The notes under the pieces were generated by a model. It did not search any database. It had not been told where the DNA came from and was given only the letters and a program-made list of their open reading frames with translations. A program made the translations under genes and the position numbers. From NCBI RefSeq assembly GCF_008831285.2, contig NC_045138.2, positions 26,908,001 to 26,972,000 on the forward strand: 64,000 nt of DNA, written 5' to 3'. This DNA is from Nymphaea colorata (taxonomy: Eukaryota). This document shows positions 25,626 through 38,510 of this stretch, one piece after another; positions within the stretch are counted from its first letter, which is position 1; each line of letters opens with the position of its first letter.

Positions 25626-26782
25626 AATCGAAATGGGTGCAGAGGTCATTTGGAAAGCAAAGTGTATAAAAAATACAAAGAGTGAATAAAGAAAACTCGA
25701 AATGTATTTTTTTATGAAAAGCTTGTAATGAGGAAGGTAAGAAAGAAGAATAATCTTAACTTGTTTACATAAGGTTGACTGAAGCGACTTACAATATTTG
25801 TGCCGACCACCCAAAACAAGGAACCCAATGCCTACACTTGGGACCGGATTGGATGGTGCTCCGTCGTAGGTGAAAACTCAAGCATAAACTAAAGACTCAA
25901 CATAAACAAAAAAAATACATAACAAAGCAAATACAGACTCTAGACACAGGAAAACAGAGCTGCGCACTACAATTAGTGATGTCAATTATTTATAAGTTAG
26001 CTACATAAATCTTACGGCCTCTTTTAAGCACTGAGAAGTTAAGCAAGTAACATAAGCATTTTAAATTGTATACGAAGTAGACATTCATACGAAACCTTGA
26101 AATGTAGATAAGAGTGCTATTCAAGGGCATCTCAATATTTTAGGGCCAAATGAAAAAAAAAAAAAAAAAAAACTTTTGGATTAATTTATGCAGATTCTTC
26201 TCAAGACAAAGATATTATTAGCTAATACGTCGGAACATGATCATAAATCTCCACAAACTGTCAATATAACAATTTTAAAAGTACATACATACTAAAACAA
26301 GTTTTTGTCCCCTGCTCTTCTTCTTCAATAGCGGGCTCTCTCCTCCTACTCAGCCTCGACTCGTCCATGCCTATCTCAAATATGCAGCTAATTAAGCTCC
26401 ATTTTTGCTTACAAAAGCCGCTAAAAATTTGTTTTAAGTTTTACATGGGAAAATGAATCACTGTCATTTCCTCCATATAATGTAGTCAGTGACAAAGATA
26501 AACGCAAAACCTAATCTTTTGATGGTTGTATGGGAAGAAGTAAAAGAATCAGTATGTGAATGTGATGCTTATTATATCTTATTATATCTAAGTAAAGAGG
26601 TGTATCGAAGAATCTGATGAGTGAATAAATAGGAGAGAGCGATGTTCATACTTCTCCCTTCGCCCCCGCATCAGTACCTTCGTACGGACGACCTCTTCTT
26701 CCCAACAGCAGTGACAGGCTGCAGCTACCTCCCATCTAGGCTTCGCTGGCTCCACTGCAGCGAATCTTCCCATTATTTCCCC

Positions 26783-26785
<3 letters not shown>

Positions 26786-26820
<35 letters not shown>
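26786..26820. repeat. (CT)n microsatellite
   Basis: Direct CT run. Confidence 0.95.
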
Positions 26821-26821
<1 letters not shown>

Positions 26822-26981
26822 AATTTTGGACAGACCACCAAGAAATGTTGATTTTTTTTAAAAAAAAAAAAATTTGTCAATGAAATGACCGAAAGCCTTT
26901 GTTAAAAATAAGATATATTTAAAAATAACTTTTTTATTTTTTAATCATCCAACAATGCAACTACAATATCTATATACCAAG

Positions 26982-27098
26982 CCATTAGATGTTGGATCAG
27001 TAAACTATAAATTTGGTCATCCATATGTTTAAGTTGAATCATTAGATGTTGGATCAGTAATCTATATATTTTGTTATTCATATCTTCAAGTTGAATAA
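26982..27098. repeat. Diverged tandem duplication of about 57 bp
   Basis: CATTAGATGTTGGATCAGTAA...AAGTTGAAT occurs twice in tandem. Confidence 0.8.
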
Positions 27099-28949
27099 TT
27101 GAAAGAAAAACAAGAAGAAAAAGAAGATGGGTGGATCGCTCCAGCCATCGTAAGGAATCCGGCCTTTCGTATGGTCAACCCGATGCAATACAGATGAGTC
27201 GCAAGGAAGGATTGTATATACGTAAATTGGTACATGCCTGACCACTTAAAGTAAAAAGCCAGACAATCTAGACCTACTAAAAATGATTAGTAAAGATATG
27301 ATCTTAAGATTGACTTGATGAGGAATATGTAATAAGTTAGTCATTTTTTAACTTTATTCGTGTTTTTTAATAATAAAAAATGAATGGCTCTTTTAGCATC
27401 AAAATTTTGATAATAGAAAAATCAAATATTTTTTTTTTAAAAATAACTCGAATTAAGACATAACATACATTGAATTACAGTAGATAAACACGTTAAAATG
27501 ATCATATTTAGTTTACAATATAGAAAATTGGTTAGGTGAATGGACTTGAAAGCAATGTTGTTGGAATGACCTTGAATAAAATCAATTCGATTAAGTGGGG
27601 ATTCACCATTCTGTTAGTTTTTCAAACTTTGCTTTTTTAAATTTTTAAAGTTTTTCTTATATATTTTTGGCCGATTCACAGTTAGTCGGTCCCGGATCCG
27701 ATGTTTTGCAGAATTGCTTAAAAACCTTGGAGCCAAAGGTGGTCCAGGATTTAATGCTTCAGGTGGGCGCACCCTTAGTTTTTAAATATTCATAAGCATC
27801 AATGAGGTACCTCGAAGTTGTGTATCATGAACACAATCACATGACATAAAGGAGAGGACTATACACATTAAAGATGTAGATGATCTCTTACTCATCAACT
27901 AGTGTCATGGCTGGCTAGTGGCTACCCTTCTCCAAATCTAGCCAGGAGCGGAACCACATGTGGGCAGTTGCCCACACAATCCCACAAGATATATTTACAT
28001 TTTGGTTGGCCTCAATTATTTTTACTTATTTTTGTATTAGCGCCCCTCAATTATTTAGTCATTTTTAAATCTCTACTTCATATCTAACTTGAAGTGATGT
28101 TAGAACTTGAAATCTTAGTTATCAAGATTTCAAATCCTTGGTTTCTAAAAGGATCTGAAACCCTTTGGTTGAAAGCTTCAGAAATTATGAAACTCAACTC
28201 AGAAAACCTTACTAGCTTTCCAAAGTATAGATTAAAGATGAGGCGCTTTATGTAAGCACAATCAAATGTTGGCATATTTGATGGGTGCAGGATTCTCCAC
28301 TTGAGGTGAAAAAAAAAAATCCATCAACCACTCCTTCCCTGTAAACACGGAAGACAGATATAATCTCCCAACTTCTCCGTGAATTGTCCTTTTTTACATA
28401 AGAAAGGTGGTGAGAAAAATCGAATCCGTAAGAGTCCACACATTTCTTACTCCGGCAAATCCACTGCCGATGATGCCCGGAATAAATTATCCGGCGCCAT
28501 CAAAGCACCTTAGCTCTTGTACCAATTTCATCTTCCGCTGCAACTCTGTTGGGGCAGGCCTCCGTCCTTTATTAGCAAAAATTGAAATTTACCAAAAAAA
28601 AAAAAAAAGGATAGGGGAGCTCCTGAACTAGCGACTGAGACCGAAAAACTTTTTAAAGGGGCACTGATTCACTGGTTTTCATATATGAAGGAGCATTTAC
28701 ACTTATAACAAAGTAAATATTTAACAATCTTAATATAAAAATAGAAGAAGATTGAGAAGCTGGCCTATGTACGGCTCCGCATTGTCAGTACCAATTTAAT
28801 CTTTGTATCTTTTATATTTTAGTTGACAGAAATCACCCAACGAGCCAAATAACTATTTTTTTTAATATTTTATTTATATATATATAATATTTTATTACTA
28901 TTAATTATTTTTATGTATTCTTGTATATTAAAAAATATTTTTAATGTAA

Positions 28950-29045
28950 TTGGGCTGAGCCCAGGCCGAGCTCTGGTTTTTTTAGTCGAGCCAAAGCCTG
29001 GGCCCGACTCATTATCGGGCTGGGTGGGCCCGATGCCCAGGCTTA
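28950..29045. mobile_element. Right end of a hAT-like MITE, same family as 53871-54118
   Basis: Ends GGGCCCGATGCCCAGGCTTA (reverse complement TAAGCCTGGGCATCGGGCCC), matching the 53871 terminus TAAGGTTGGGCATCGGACC. GGGCC/CCGAG-type subterminal repeats present. Confidence 0.55.
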
Positions 29046-31830
29046 CCTCTATATCCATTTTTCCTTGGACTTAGAAACTTTGAAATCTTTTTGCTAACTT
29101 CTGCTCATTTTCTTAGTCGTGATGTCTGGTTAACTTGGTATTTTACAAGGCACTGTTCTTTAAACACATAATTTGCGTATAAGAAAATGCAATAGTTAAT
29201 GGTATGAAACGTACTATAAGAAGATATTCAATTTGAATCCCACAATTTGATTGAAACCAGCTTCCTAGATTTACCTTCGGAAAGAGGTTTCAAACTTTGT
29301 AGTGCTTTGGTTTTCTCACAGGGATGTAAAAAATAATGAACTGATACACGTAAATAGATCTCATCCCTACCCAATCCATCTGCAGTTCCATATTTGGATC
29401 CGATCCGTGAAAAAAAAAAATCCTCAATATCGATGCTACCAACATTGATTTTAATATATTTGAAATCAACAGTGTAAATGGATATATATGTTCAACATAT
29501 ATCTTATTCTGTGGCTGGTTTTTCCAACGTTTTCCCCTTACCCTCTCAGTCACTCTTTTTTTCTCTACTTCCTTTTCTTTTTCATTATTATCACAACCAA
29601 CATTTAGATTTTAATATTGGAAAATTATAGAAAAACTTGAAAATTCACTCTAAAAAACAAGAGGGGTTTACTCACGCCCCTTTATATATTTTAGTCCTGA
29701 TTCCCTTATGATAGCGGATCTACCAAAAAAATTGCATTGATGTGTGCTTCCCTTCAACTTAAATTCATAGCTAATTAATGATATTTTAAGTATTATACTT
29801 GTTCCTTGAAGAGGTAAAGTATCAAGGATTTACATTACACAAAACTTGGTAGTGAATAAACCAAGAAAGTTCACTACGTTAATGTGACATAGAGCTGGCA
29901 TCATGCTAAGCATTGGAAAATGCATATATAAAAGTAAAATTAGAACAAATGTGTACGTAACATGGGACAATACATTAATGTGATTTTCGTCCAGAAAAGA
30001 CCAAACTGCCGTCCCAATAATTGTGGGGAGAAAGTCAAGAGAGGTAGATTTGGGGAGGAGTGTGAATGACAACTGTTGCCTGCTAAGATACCACACAGAG
30101 AATTGAAGACAGAGAGAGAGGTGACGGCATCAATTCCCCATTACACGAGGTGTGTGGAAGATACAAAAAAAAAACCAGCACCATGGTTGGCAGCGTCAGC
30201 TGCACGTGACCCTACGGCCAACGCAACCACTGCAGCCGTGACCACCACCAATTACCAATGGGAGAGAGAGAGCGTTCCGGCCGTCACTGCCCGGAAAATG
30301 GCGTTCGATGGTGTTGATATCTCCCTCTTTTACTCTCTTCTTATCTCTTTCCCTGTTCAGGTTTGACTGTTCACATATACAATATAGTGAGTAGCTTCAC
30401 GTTTGCCAAGAGCTGGTTTTCTAAAAGTAAAGGACTGAAGCAAGTCAATTGAATCGCAGTTGAGGACAACATGACACGTTGTTGGTGAATTGCTTTAAAA
30501 GCTTTCCTGCTTCATGGTTGTAATTCAAAATTTACGGCGCCCTTTCTTCACCGTGACTAAAGATTTGCTTGAAACTTGAAAGAACAACAGAAAGTAGCGT
30601 GGAAAAGAGATGCTTCTGTATCTGAGACTTTCAAAGGAGTTGAGATTCATTTCGCCATGGGAAAAAAGTTCCCAAACCCAGGTCGGTAGTGCAATTGTCC
30701 AAGGAACTCAATGCATAATACATAAGAGACAAGCTTAAAGTGTCTTAGTGCGTTAGATTAAACATGCGAATATATGTTCTTGGGTCTTTCTGATTTTGTC
30801 GGACGACTAAATGCTACAAGTTGCTGGTCATGGTTGGATGTATTAGTTGACTCGCTTTTTATTGTTCTCAAGTTTTCTGAATCAACTGTTAGATGGCTAT
30901 GTATGGTTTGGTGGAACCATTGATTGAAGTGGACATATTAGTGAGACAAGGCCTGTAGATGACGAGGCAAAACGTTTGAGCATAGGTCTCTTTCTCTCAC
31001 TCTAGGCTGCATAAACGCCCTTCATTTTTTTATCCCAGTCAGGGAGAAGATTATGCGGAAGAGAGTCCTATCTCTCTACTGTCAACATGAAAGCAGAAGC
31101 CTTCTAGGAGGGAAGGAGCATGCACCATAGTATAAGACTCAAATTAAACTTGCTAAGAAACTGCTCTTCTTCTGAAGATTCACTCTGTGTTACCTGCTTC
31201 AGGCTATACACAGCTCTCCTGAGTTGTGTAACTTGTGCCAACCAAATAACTTGTGTCCCTTCTGTTGCCTTGTCCTTTTCATTTTTTTAATAACTGTGGT
31301 TTATCAGAAGAAAACAGGTGTATTATTACCTGCTGATTTCCTACACTGATGCTGCTTTTACTGCTTAAGTTTGGGGAGAAAAATTTCAAGCATTCGCCTC
31401 TGGAGATACAAAGGGAAAAGGCTGCAAACCGGACATTGGGCTCGATAAATATATGAAATCATACAGACCGATACGGACAGGCCCGGGAGTGAAATTACGG
31501 ACAGAAAATCCACCTAAGAGAGATAGTGAGATCTATGTATCTGCCGACGTACCTATGGTCGCAGAGTTCAAGAAAAGGAGAGCCTCGTCTATATTCCAGA
31601 GTTGACTGCCACCTTGTAGGACCTGTAGCTCATACACGATTGAGGGAGAGAGCGAACGAGAGAGCAACTAGGAATCATCTTCTACTAATAAACCTCTGGT
31701 CCTTATTACCCCCCCCTGCGGAGTCCCGCTCCTTCATCCCTCCTTCTAGCAAGCACTTTTTTTCTCACACACTCTCTCTTCCTCTGCAATTCTTTTAGTA
31801 GCCATTTATCCGTCGACCTTCGTCTCAAGA

Positions 31831-33471
31831 ATGGTGGTGGCAAAGAAACCAAGAATCGTGATCATTGGAGCAGGAATGGCTGGCCTGGCTGCAGCAAACA
31901 GGCTTTACGCCCACGCTGGCTCCGCGAACCTGTTTGAGCTCAGCATAGTGGAAGGTAGCGATAGGATAGGAGGGAGGATCTATAGCTCGGAGTTTGGAGG
32001 TGACAGAGTAGAGGTTGGTGCTACCTGGATTCATGGCATAGGAGGAAGCCCAGTATACAACATAGCGCAGCAAGCGCAGGCCCTTCATTCTGAGATCCCA
32101 TGGGAGAGAATGGATGGATATCCAGACAAGGAGATAACCATTACAGAAGATGGGTCCACTGCAGACCCTTCTCTCCTCAGCTCCATTTCAATGCTTTACA
32201 GAGGACTCATGGATTTTGCTGGGGAGAGGAAGATATTTAATGATACTGGTGTTGACCATAAGATTAGAATTGCAGAGATGGCTGCCGAGAGATGCAGGAG
32301 CAATGGGTTCTCTAAGAATGGGGTGAGCATAGGTTCCTTTCTACGCTGTGGATTGGACTTGTACTGGTCCTCGATGGACACTGAGGCACAGAAAGACCTG
32401 CGCAAGATTGAGGAGGATGTCTTTGCCATGCATGAAAATACAGAGCGCACCTATACCTCCGCTGATGATTTGACGGAACTAGATTTTGAGGCAGAGAGTG
32501 AGTACAGAGAGTTCCCAGATGAAGAGATCACTATAGCCAAGGGGTACTCTACTGTTGTCCATTCATTGGCATCTATCCTCCCTTCTGGTTGCATACAATT
32601 GGGCAGGAAGGTGGAGAAGGTGGTGTGGACGAAGGATCCAACCGAGCTAGCGAAGGATTCCCATTACCCCGTTTCTGTGTGGTGCAGTGATGGAAGTGTG
32701 ATACTTGCTGACCATGTTATTGTAACTGTTTCATTAGGTGTCCTCAAGGCCGAGACAGTAACTAATTCTGCAGGTATGTTCAGCCCTCCTCTGCCTTTGT
32801 TCAAGAAAGAAGCAATCTCCAAACTGGGTTTTGGAGTAGTGAACAAGCTTTTTCTGCAACTAGAGCCATCTTTGTCTGTGGACGACGGCGAGGGCTTCCC
32901 CTGCCTGCAAATGGTTTTTGATCAAAAGAAGTTGAGAGAGAAACAGAATCACGATTGCGGAATCCCATGGTGGATCAAGAAGACAGTTTCCTTCTGTCCT
33001 ATACATAAGAACTCCAATGTTGTTCTTTCCTGGTTTGCTGGTAAAGAGGCTTTGGAGATGGAGTCCCTTAGTGATGATGAGATCATCGATGGTGTTTCCA
33101 CAACACTATCCTGTCTTACTCTCAACTCCCATAAACAGTGCCTAAAGGAGAATGAGCGTCAACTTGGCAAGCTTCGCAATGCCAAGATTGCAAAATTGTT
33201 GCGTAGCAGATGGGGAACGGACCCATTGTTCAGAGGTTCCTATAGCTATGTAGCTGTAGGTTCAAGTGGGGAAGACATGGATTTGTTAGCAGAGCCATTG
33301 CCTAAGATGCCTAGAGATAATTACGTCCCCTCTGGTTCACCTCTGCAACTTCTGTTTGCAGGAGAAGCAACACACAGGACTCATTATTCCACCACCCATG
33401 GAGCCTACTTCAGTGGTATAAGAGAAGCAAGCAGACTCCTTCAACACTATGGTTGGGCAGGAGCTCCCTGA
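31831..33471 (+). CDS. PAO5: Polyamine oxidase, intronless PAO5 clade (FAD-dependent; thermospermine/spermine back-conversion type), 546 aa
   Basis: Uninterrupted ORF beginning MVVAKKPRIVIIGAGMAGLAAA (Rossmann GxGxxG). Also contains E...RIGGRI, GATWIHGIGGSP, WGTDPLFRGSYSYVAVGSSGED and FAGEATHRTHYSTTHGAYFSGIREA. A single-exon structure is typical of the AtPAO5/OsPAO1 clade. Confidence 0.95.
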   Translation: MVVAKKPRIVIIGAGMAGLAAANRLYAHAGSANLFELSIVEGSDRIGGRIYSSEFGGDRVEVGATWIHGIGGSPVYNIAQQAQALHSEIPWERMDGYPDKEITITEDGSTADPSLLSSISMLYRGLMDFAGERKIFNDTGVDHKIRIAEMAAERCRSNGFSKNGVSIGSFLRCGLDLYWSSMDTEAQKDLRKIEEDVFAMHENTERTYTSADDLTELDFEAESEYREFPDEEITIAKGYSTVVHSLASILPSGCIQLGRKVEKVVWTKDPTELAKDSHYPVSVWCSDGSVILADHVIVTVSLGVLKAETVTNSAGMFSPPLPLFKKEAISKLGFGVVNKLFLQLEPSLSVDDGEGFPCLQMVFDQKKLREKQNHDCGIPWWIKKTVSFCPIHKNSNVVLSWFAGKEALEMESLSDDEIIDGVSTTLSCLTLNSHKQCLKENERQLGKLRNAKIAKLLRSRWGTDPLFRGSYSYVAVGSSGEDMDLLAEPLPKMPRDNYVPSGSPLQLLFAGEATHRTHYSTTHGAYFSGIREASRLLQHYGWAGAP

Positions 33472-36400
33472 AGCAGGTGAAGAGACGACAGCAAAAGACC
33501 AAAACTTTCATTTTTGTTTTTCTTACTATTGCTGTTTATTCAAGTAACTAGTTTCCAATGTTTTGTACTCTTGGCTCTCCATCTTTTGCGCGATTACTTG
33601 AGATGGAAAAAGATGGAAAAAGCGAGAGAACTAGTGTACTGGACCAATTGTTAGTGAAGCTTAATTCTTCAAGTCTGCTGCTGTGGCCTTTTACGTGTTA
33701 TTTCTCATTAGACTCACCCATATGGTGTGGAAAGTCATAGGCAGAATCTACTATTTGGCTGATGAATTACAGAAGCCATCTCTGCTATGTTTGAATAGAC
33801 AGGATACCAATAAAAGGCCTTTCCAGCCTGGAATACCTTGAAGTCCACTTTAAAAGATGTGATACCGTCCAACAGAGTCAGGTTCCTGCTGCGGATGTCT
33901 CACCTGTCTCAACTTCGTAATAATACTGCCAACTTCTCTTTGGCAACAATTGTATTTTAGACATTGACTTCCGCTTGAAGCATTAACTCGCCTTTCCCAT
34001 CGTTCTAACCCAGTAACACTAAGGATTGTGATCTTTCCTCCTAACTTATTTTCACATGGTGAATAATCTATCGATAGTCATCGAGCAATTTGAGTAGCAT
34101 GTCGAAGTCAGAATTTCAACCGAGCATGAGAGAAGTGGTTTCAAGCAATTGCGCCACCTCAGATCTGGGGAGCAATAGTAGGACAAGACTATGTCAAGCA
34201 CTAAATATATAATTTTTCTGTCACTTTTCTGGATAAACTCGTTTTACCACTCAACTGAGTTCCAACTAGTATGCCTTTCTTGACCAATTTAAAGAGTCTG
34301 AGAACCTGAATGGCATAACTGGTATCTTCGTTGAGTACAAGATGAATTTGTACAAACTTACAGTCAGCCAGCGTTTCTGCTTGGGGACAACGTACAACCC
34401 ATTGTTTTGTGCAATACTTCTTTTGTGTTAATTTGATGTGCTTTTTTAATCACCTTCCTGTGATGTGCGTATCGGAAAGCCAATCTGGTGCCTCCTTCAT
34501 TCTGATAAGGCTTAGAAAAGACAAAAGAAGGAGAATCTCAAAGTTGACCGAGCTATCAATGAATTAGTAGGGTACCCCTACATCAGTTGAAGGACACCTA
34601 GGAATTACCTTCATACCCAAATTCTAGTCTCACTCATTCCACTATTTGTTTTTAGAATATAGCTAGAAGTTAGGTAACTTCACATTATTGATTGCAGCTT
34701 ATTGAGCAATAGAATATTGCACATTTTGACGTTGCATGACAAGACATAGCTGCATTCCATATATAATTGCATGGCAACAAGATGAAAGCAATGCGGCTGC
34801 ATATTTCTCCACTAGTATATTCATATTTTATTGCCTTTGCGTTGCACTTGCGACCAATGGCGATAAATAATCTTGTCTGGATGTACTTTGGTTTTACTTG
34901 AAGATGATGGTAGCCATGAAAATCATATGCTTTCACTTCATAAGTTCTGCCATTCTTGTAGGGACCCTCGGGGCCGGCGGGGAGGGGGGAATAATTCTCT
35001 TCTTGGTTCAGTTCGTCCATGAGCGCCCTCCGTTTCTGGCAGTCAATTTTGGTCCCTCTTTGCAAAACCGTGTCTTTTTCGCTAAACTCTCCGTGTCATT
35101 TCATCGCTTTTGGCACTTATAATCAAGTGTAGTTCACAAAGCTAACCTAACCTCACCCGTAGGCTTCGCCTCAGTTAAGCTTCACCTTCCATGGTTCTTA
35201 CGCTTTTGAATGAGCTAACTTTCATCAGTGAGTCCAAGCTCATTTTCTTCAACTTGAGTACCTTTGTAGAACACAATTAATCTCGACGAGATAGGTAGAC
35301 AAAATATCTTTGCATAGAGGAATCATTACGTTCCAGGCAGAGAAAGAGAGAGAACCAGATAGAGAGAGTCCTCTCGCAGAATGAGCTAACTTTCATCAGT
35401 GAGTCCAAGCTCATGTTCTTGTGAACTTTAAAGGGCAAGGCATTGATTCTCAATTTAGGTCCTCTCGCGGGTCAAGCCATCTATAGCGCTTAATTCTTCT
35501 TGACTAAACTTGGCTTAACTCAGGTAAGTCAGGCTCAGCTCACTTGGATTGGAAGGTCTACTCAACAGGAACTAAATGACTGCACCCTAAAGCCAATTTC
35601 AAGGTTTTTTTCTTTTCGTTTGCTTTTTCAATTTTGTGGTGATGTACTACACGTATCATTCAAAGCTTTAGCTGCCAAATAGTCACTTAGTGCCGGACTG
35701 ATGGCTAATTGCTAGCCCAGATGTGGCTTAAAACTCTAATCTGACATCTTAGGCTCCTGGGTATTCGTTTGAGTTGACAATAGAAGTAAGTTGTTTTATT
35801 AGCCAAAGCACAGAGCAACAGCGAATTCTTATGCAAGTGATTAACAACAAACAAAAAGTTGAGGTGGAGATCTGCTTAGAGAACCCAAGAACAATAACAC
35901 TGCAGAAGGTTGGGGGCCTTAAACCACAAAAAGAACATGAAGGATATGCAACCAAGTGCTACAGAATCCGACCCTTCATTGGGAAACCTTATCCTGCAAT
36001 TATTGTCTTTATTAAAAAGGATGCCTCACTTTCAACCACTTTTCGTATGAGAAGGAAATGTCAGTCATTATTGTTCCAAAAAAGATCTTGCTCACGTATG
36101 ACATGTTATCTCGTTTCCCAGGCATGGGGAATCATATCTCAAGTAGATCAGAAGAGAGAATCATGTCTCTTTCTAAAAGGAATTTCATATAGTGTGAGGT
36201 AGCGCTTGCCAAATGCACCAGAATCAGGAGCTCTAGCCTAGTAAGATGTTACCACTTGTTCATGCACTTTCATACATTACCATTTCTCTTTTCTAGTTTT
36301 TCAGCATTATCAAAATTTAAAGATTAGGAAGGCAAGATAGAACACAATCTTAGGGCGTGATTCGAACTCGGTTGAATGGATCAGTTTAAGATGTTTAGTT

Positions 36401-38510
36401 TCACAAAGTACCAAAAAGTTCGATTCCCAGGAAGTATGTTCCTTCTCACAGAGGTTAAAGCATTGGGAGGACTTTTCCAGCTGGTGAAGTGCGGAAACTA
36501 GTGGTTTATGTGCATGATGGGGGTTGGTTGTGGGCTATGAATCCATCCTCCACTTTCTTATACAGGTAGATTCTCAGGAAAGAACAGAAGGTAACATGCC
36601 ACTATATTCTCTGTTCTGTGCTCTTAATACACCTGCACAGTATTTAGAAAGAAGAAAAAGTAATGCTGTAAATTCTCGATCCGTTCTTGGCTATGGAGTA
36701 CTTTCCTGCCTCATCATTTGAACCGTAAGCAGCGGTCTGGCCAAAACCTCCCACAACCTATAGCTGCTTGGTGTCCTAACCACATGGTTGCACTAACACG
36801 CGTTTCAGACAGTGGAAGAAGAACCGCTTGACGCTTATATTAGAACTTGTTCATTTCTTACTTCATATTTCTGTGACAGGATTCTGATCTAGGCAAGTTC
36901 CTGGGCAGGTACAACGACAAGGTGGTTGAATGATCAGTCAATTACCAGAAGTTGGGTCGTGCAGATGATGATCTGGGTCTGACTCGTACTTGCTTGATTT
37001 TCCTATTACTTCCATTATTTCTTAATGTTTATCTTTCATTAAAATGTCTTTCAAATGTTAAAAAACTAGAGAAAAAAGTTTTCATTGAATAAAATGTCTT
37101 CTACAAATTGTGCCCAATGTTTGACAAGATCGAGATTACAAATCGAACCCGAAAGCCAAGTATTTCCTTGTCACTCAAACGGCAAGTTTAGACGTAGCTC
37201 GGAAATGCATATGCCAATCTCTTTGAGTTAAATCAACTAAAGGCTTCAGAAACGACAGGCATGTGACTGAGTCACTAAAGGTTCAGTAAAAAGTGTAATT
37301 GCCATCTTGTTTGGAAGAAAAAGGATCTGCGATTTGATATAATGGTGAACCGTCCAACTTGGTCTCATGAATGCCTGCCATATTCTCTTCAAAAGGAAAC
37401 GGCAGGCTCTGAGAAACACTATTTCGCGAGAAACAAAATTGCAGCCTCCCATCCGTGATCCCCATTTCTCATGGTTCCCGTCTTAAATTTGCTATACTGG
37501 TATCAAAATGTGGGGCTTCTGAGAGTATCCTTTCTCCCACATTTCTGAGTGTTAAGGATCTGTATAACCAATCCATGTTTATGAAGTCTAACTCAGAAAA
37601 GATATGCCCAATTGAGAAGATATGGTCCTTCCTATCTTTTGTGTCAATGGAAGGCATGCCTGCTTTTTGAAATTGTCATTACAGAGCGAGACGAAACTAA
37701 AAATTCGAATACTGTCTCAGCTACCAAGAAAGCTTAGGCTTTCTTCCCTTTTGTAATAATGTCCTGTACACTGTGTTGGTCCTTCATGGTATCAAAACTG
37801 GTAGAATCAACATTGGATAAATCTACTTCAGCAGGGCTCTTCTCACCAGAGTGACAACCTTGAATCATCAAAACTGTCTCTACTGCATTACTTTTTCCCT
37901 TAAGCTACAGTACCGGCTCAGGGGAAAGATGGCTTCCGAAAAGTATCCTCCACAAGGTCATGGTTGATGAAGATTGTAAATGGGCTGGAATTAGTATAAG
38001 GATTTCGCCGTTTTGGCGGTACCAAATTTAGCTTAACTAAACCACAGTCTAATTTACCTGTCAAATTAAGATTCAACCATGGGCAACCCGCATCTGTTTA
38101 TGAGACTTACAGGCGATGAAATCCACGCCATAGTTCTGCCCGCTGGAGGCAGCTGTCAATCTTACCTACTTCCGTAGTTCCATTGGTTTAAACACTGCGG
38201 CTTTTGTAGAAGTGCAGTTCCTCTTTTACCAGACTTTGTCCATTAATGACCAAGTGGCAGACCTATCATCTTCTTACGAATTATGGATGCTTTCAGAGGA
38301 TCATAAATACTAGTAGTCAACAAATATGCTGCATAATTTTAAACAAACTCTCTCTTCTCTTGATGCAGTTTGTGATGTGTGGACCGTGTAGTATGCAACC
38401 AATTTGGTTTCCTAATTATTACTTTCTTCTAGTGCTTGGCCTGCTCATTGTGTATAAAGGTGTTCAATCTTTGGGAGCCCAAACCAGAAAGTTGGACAAG
38501 CAACAAGAAG

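Noticed and set aside
31526..31798. 90-aa ORF upstream of PAO5 as a conserved-peptide uORF
   Set aside because: It does not resemble the known PAO2/3-type uORF, its 3' part translates the CT-rich leader, and its start is probably upstream of the proximal transcription start.
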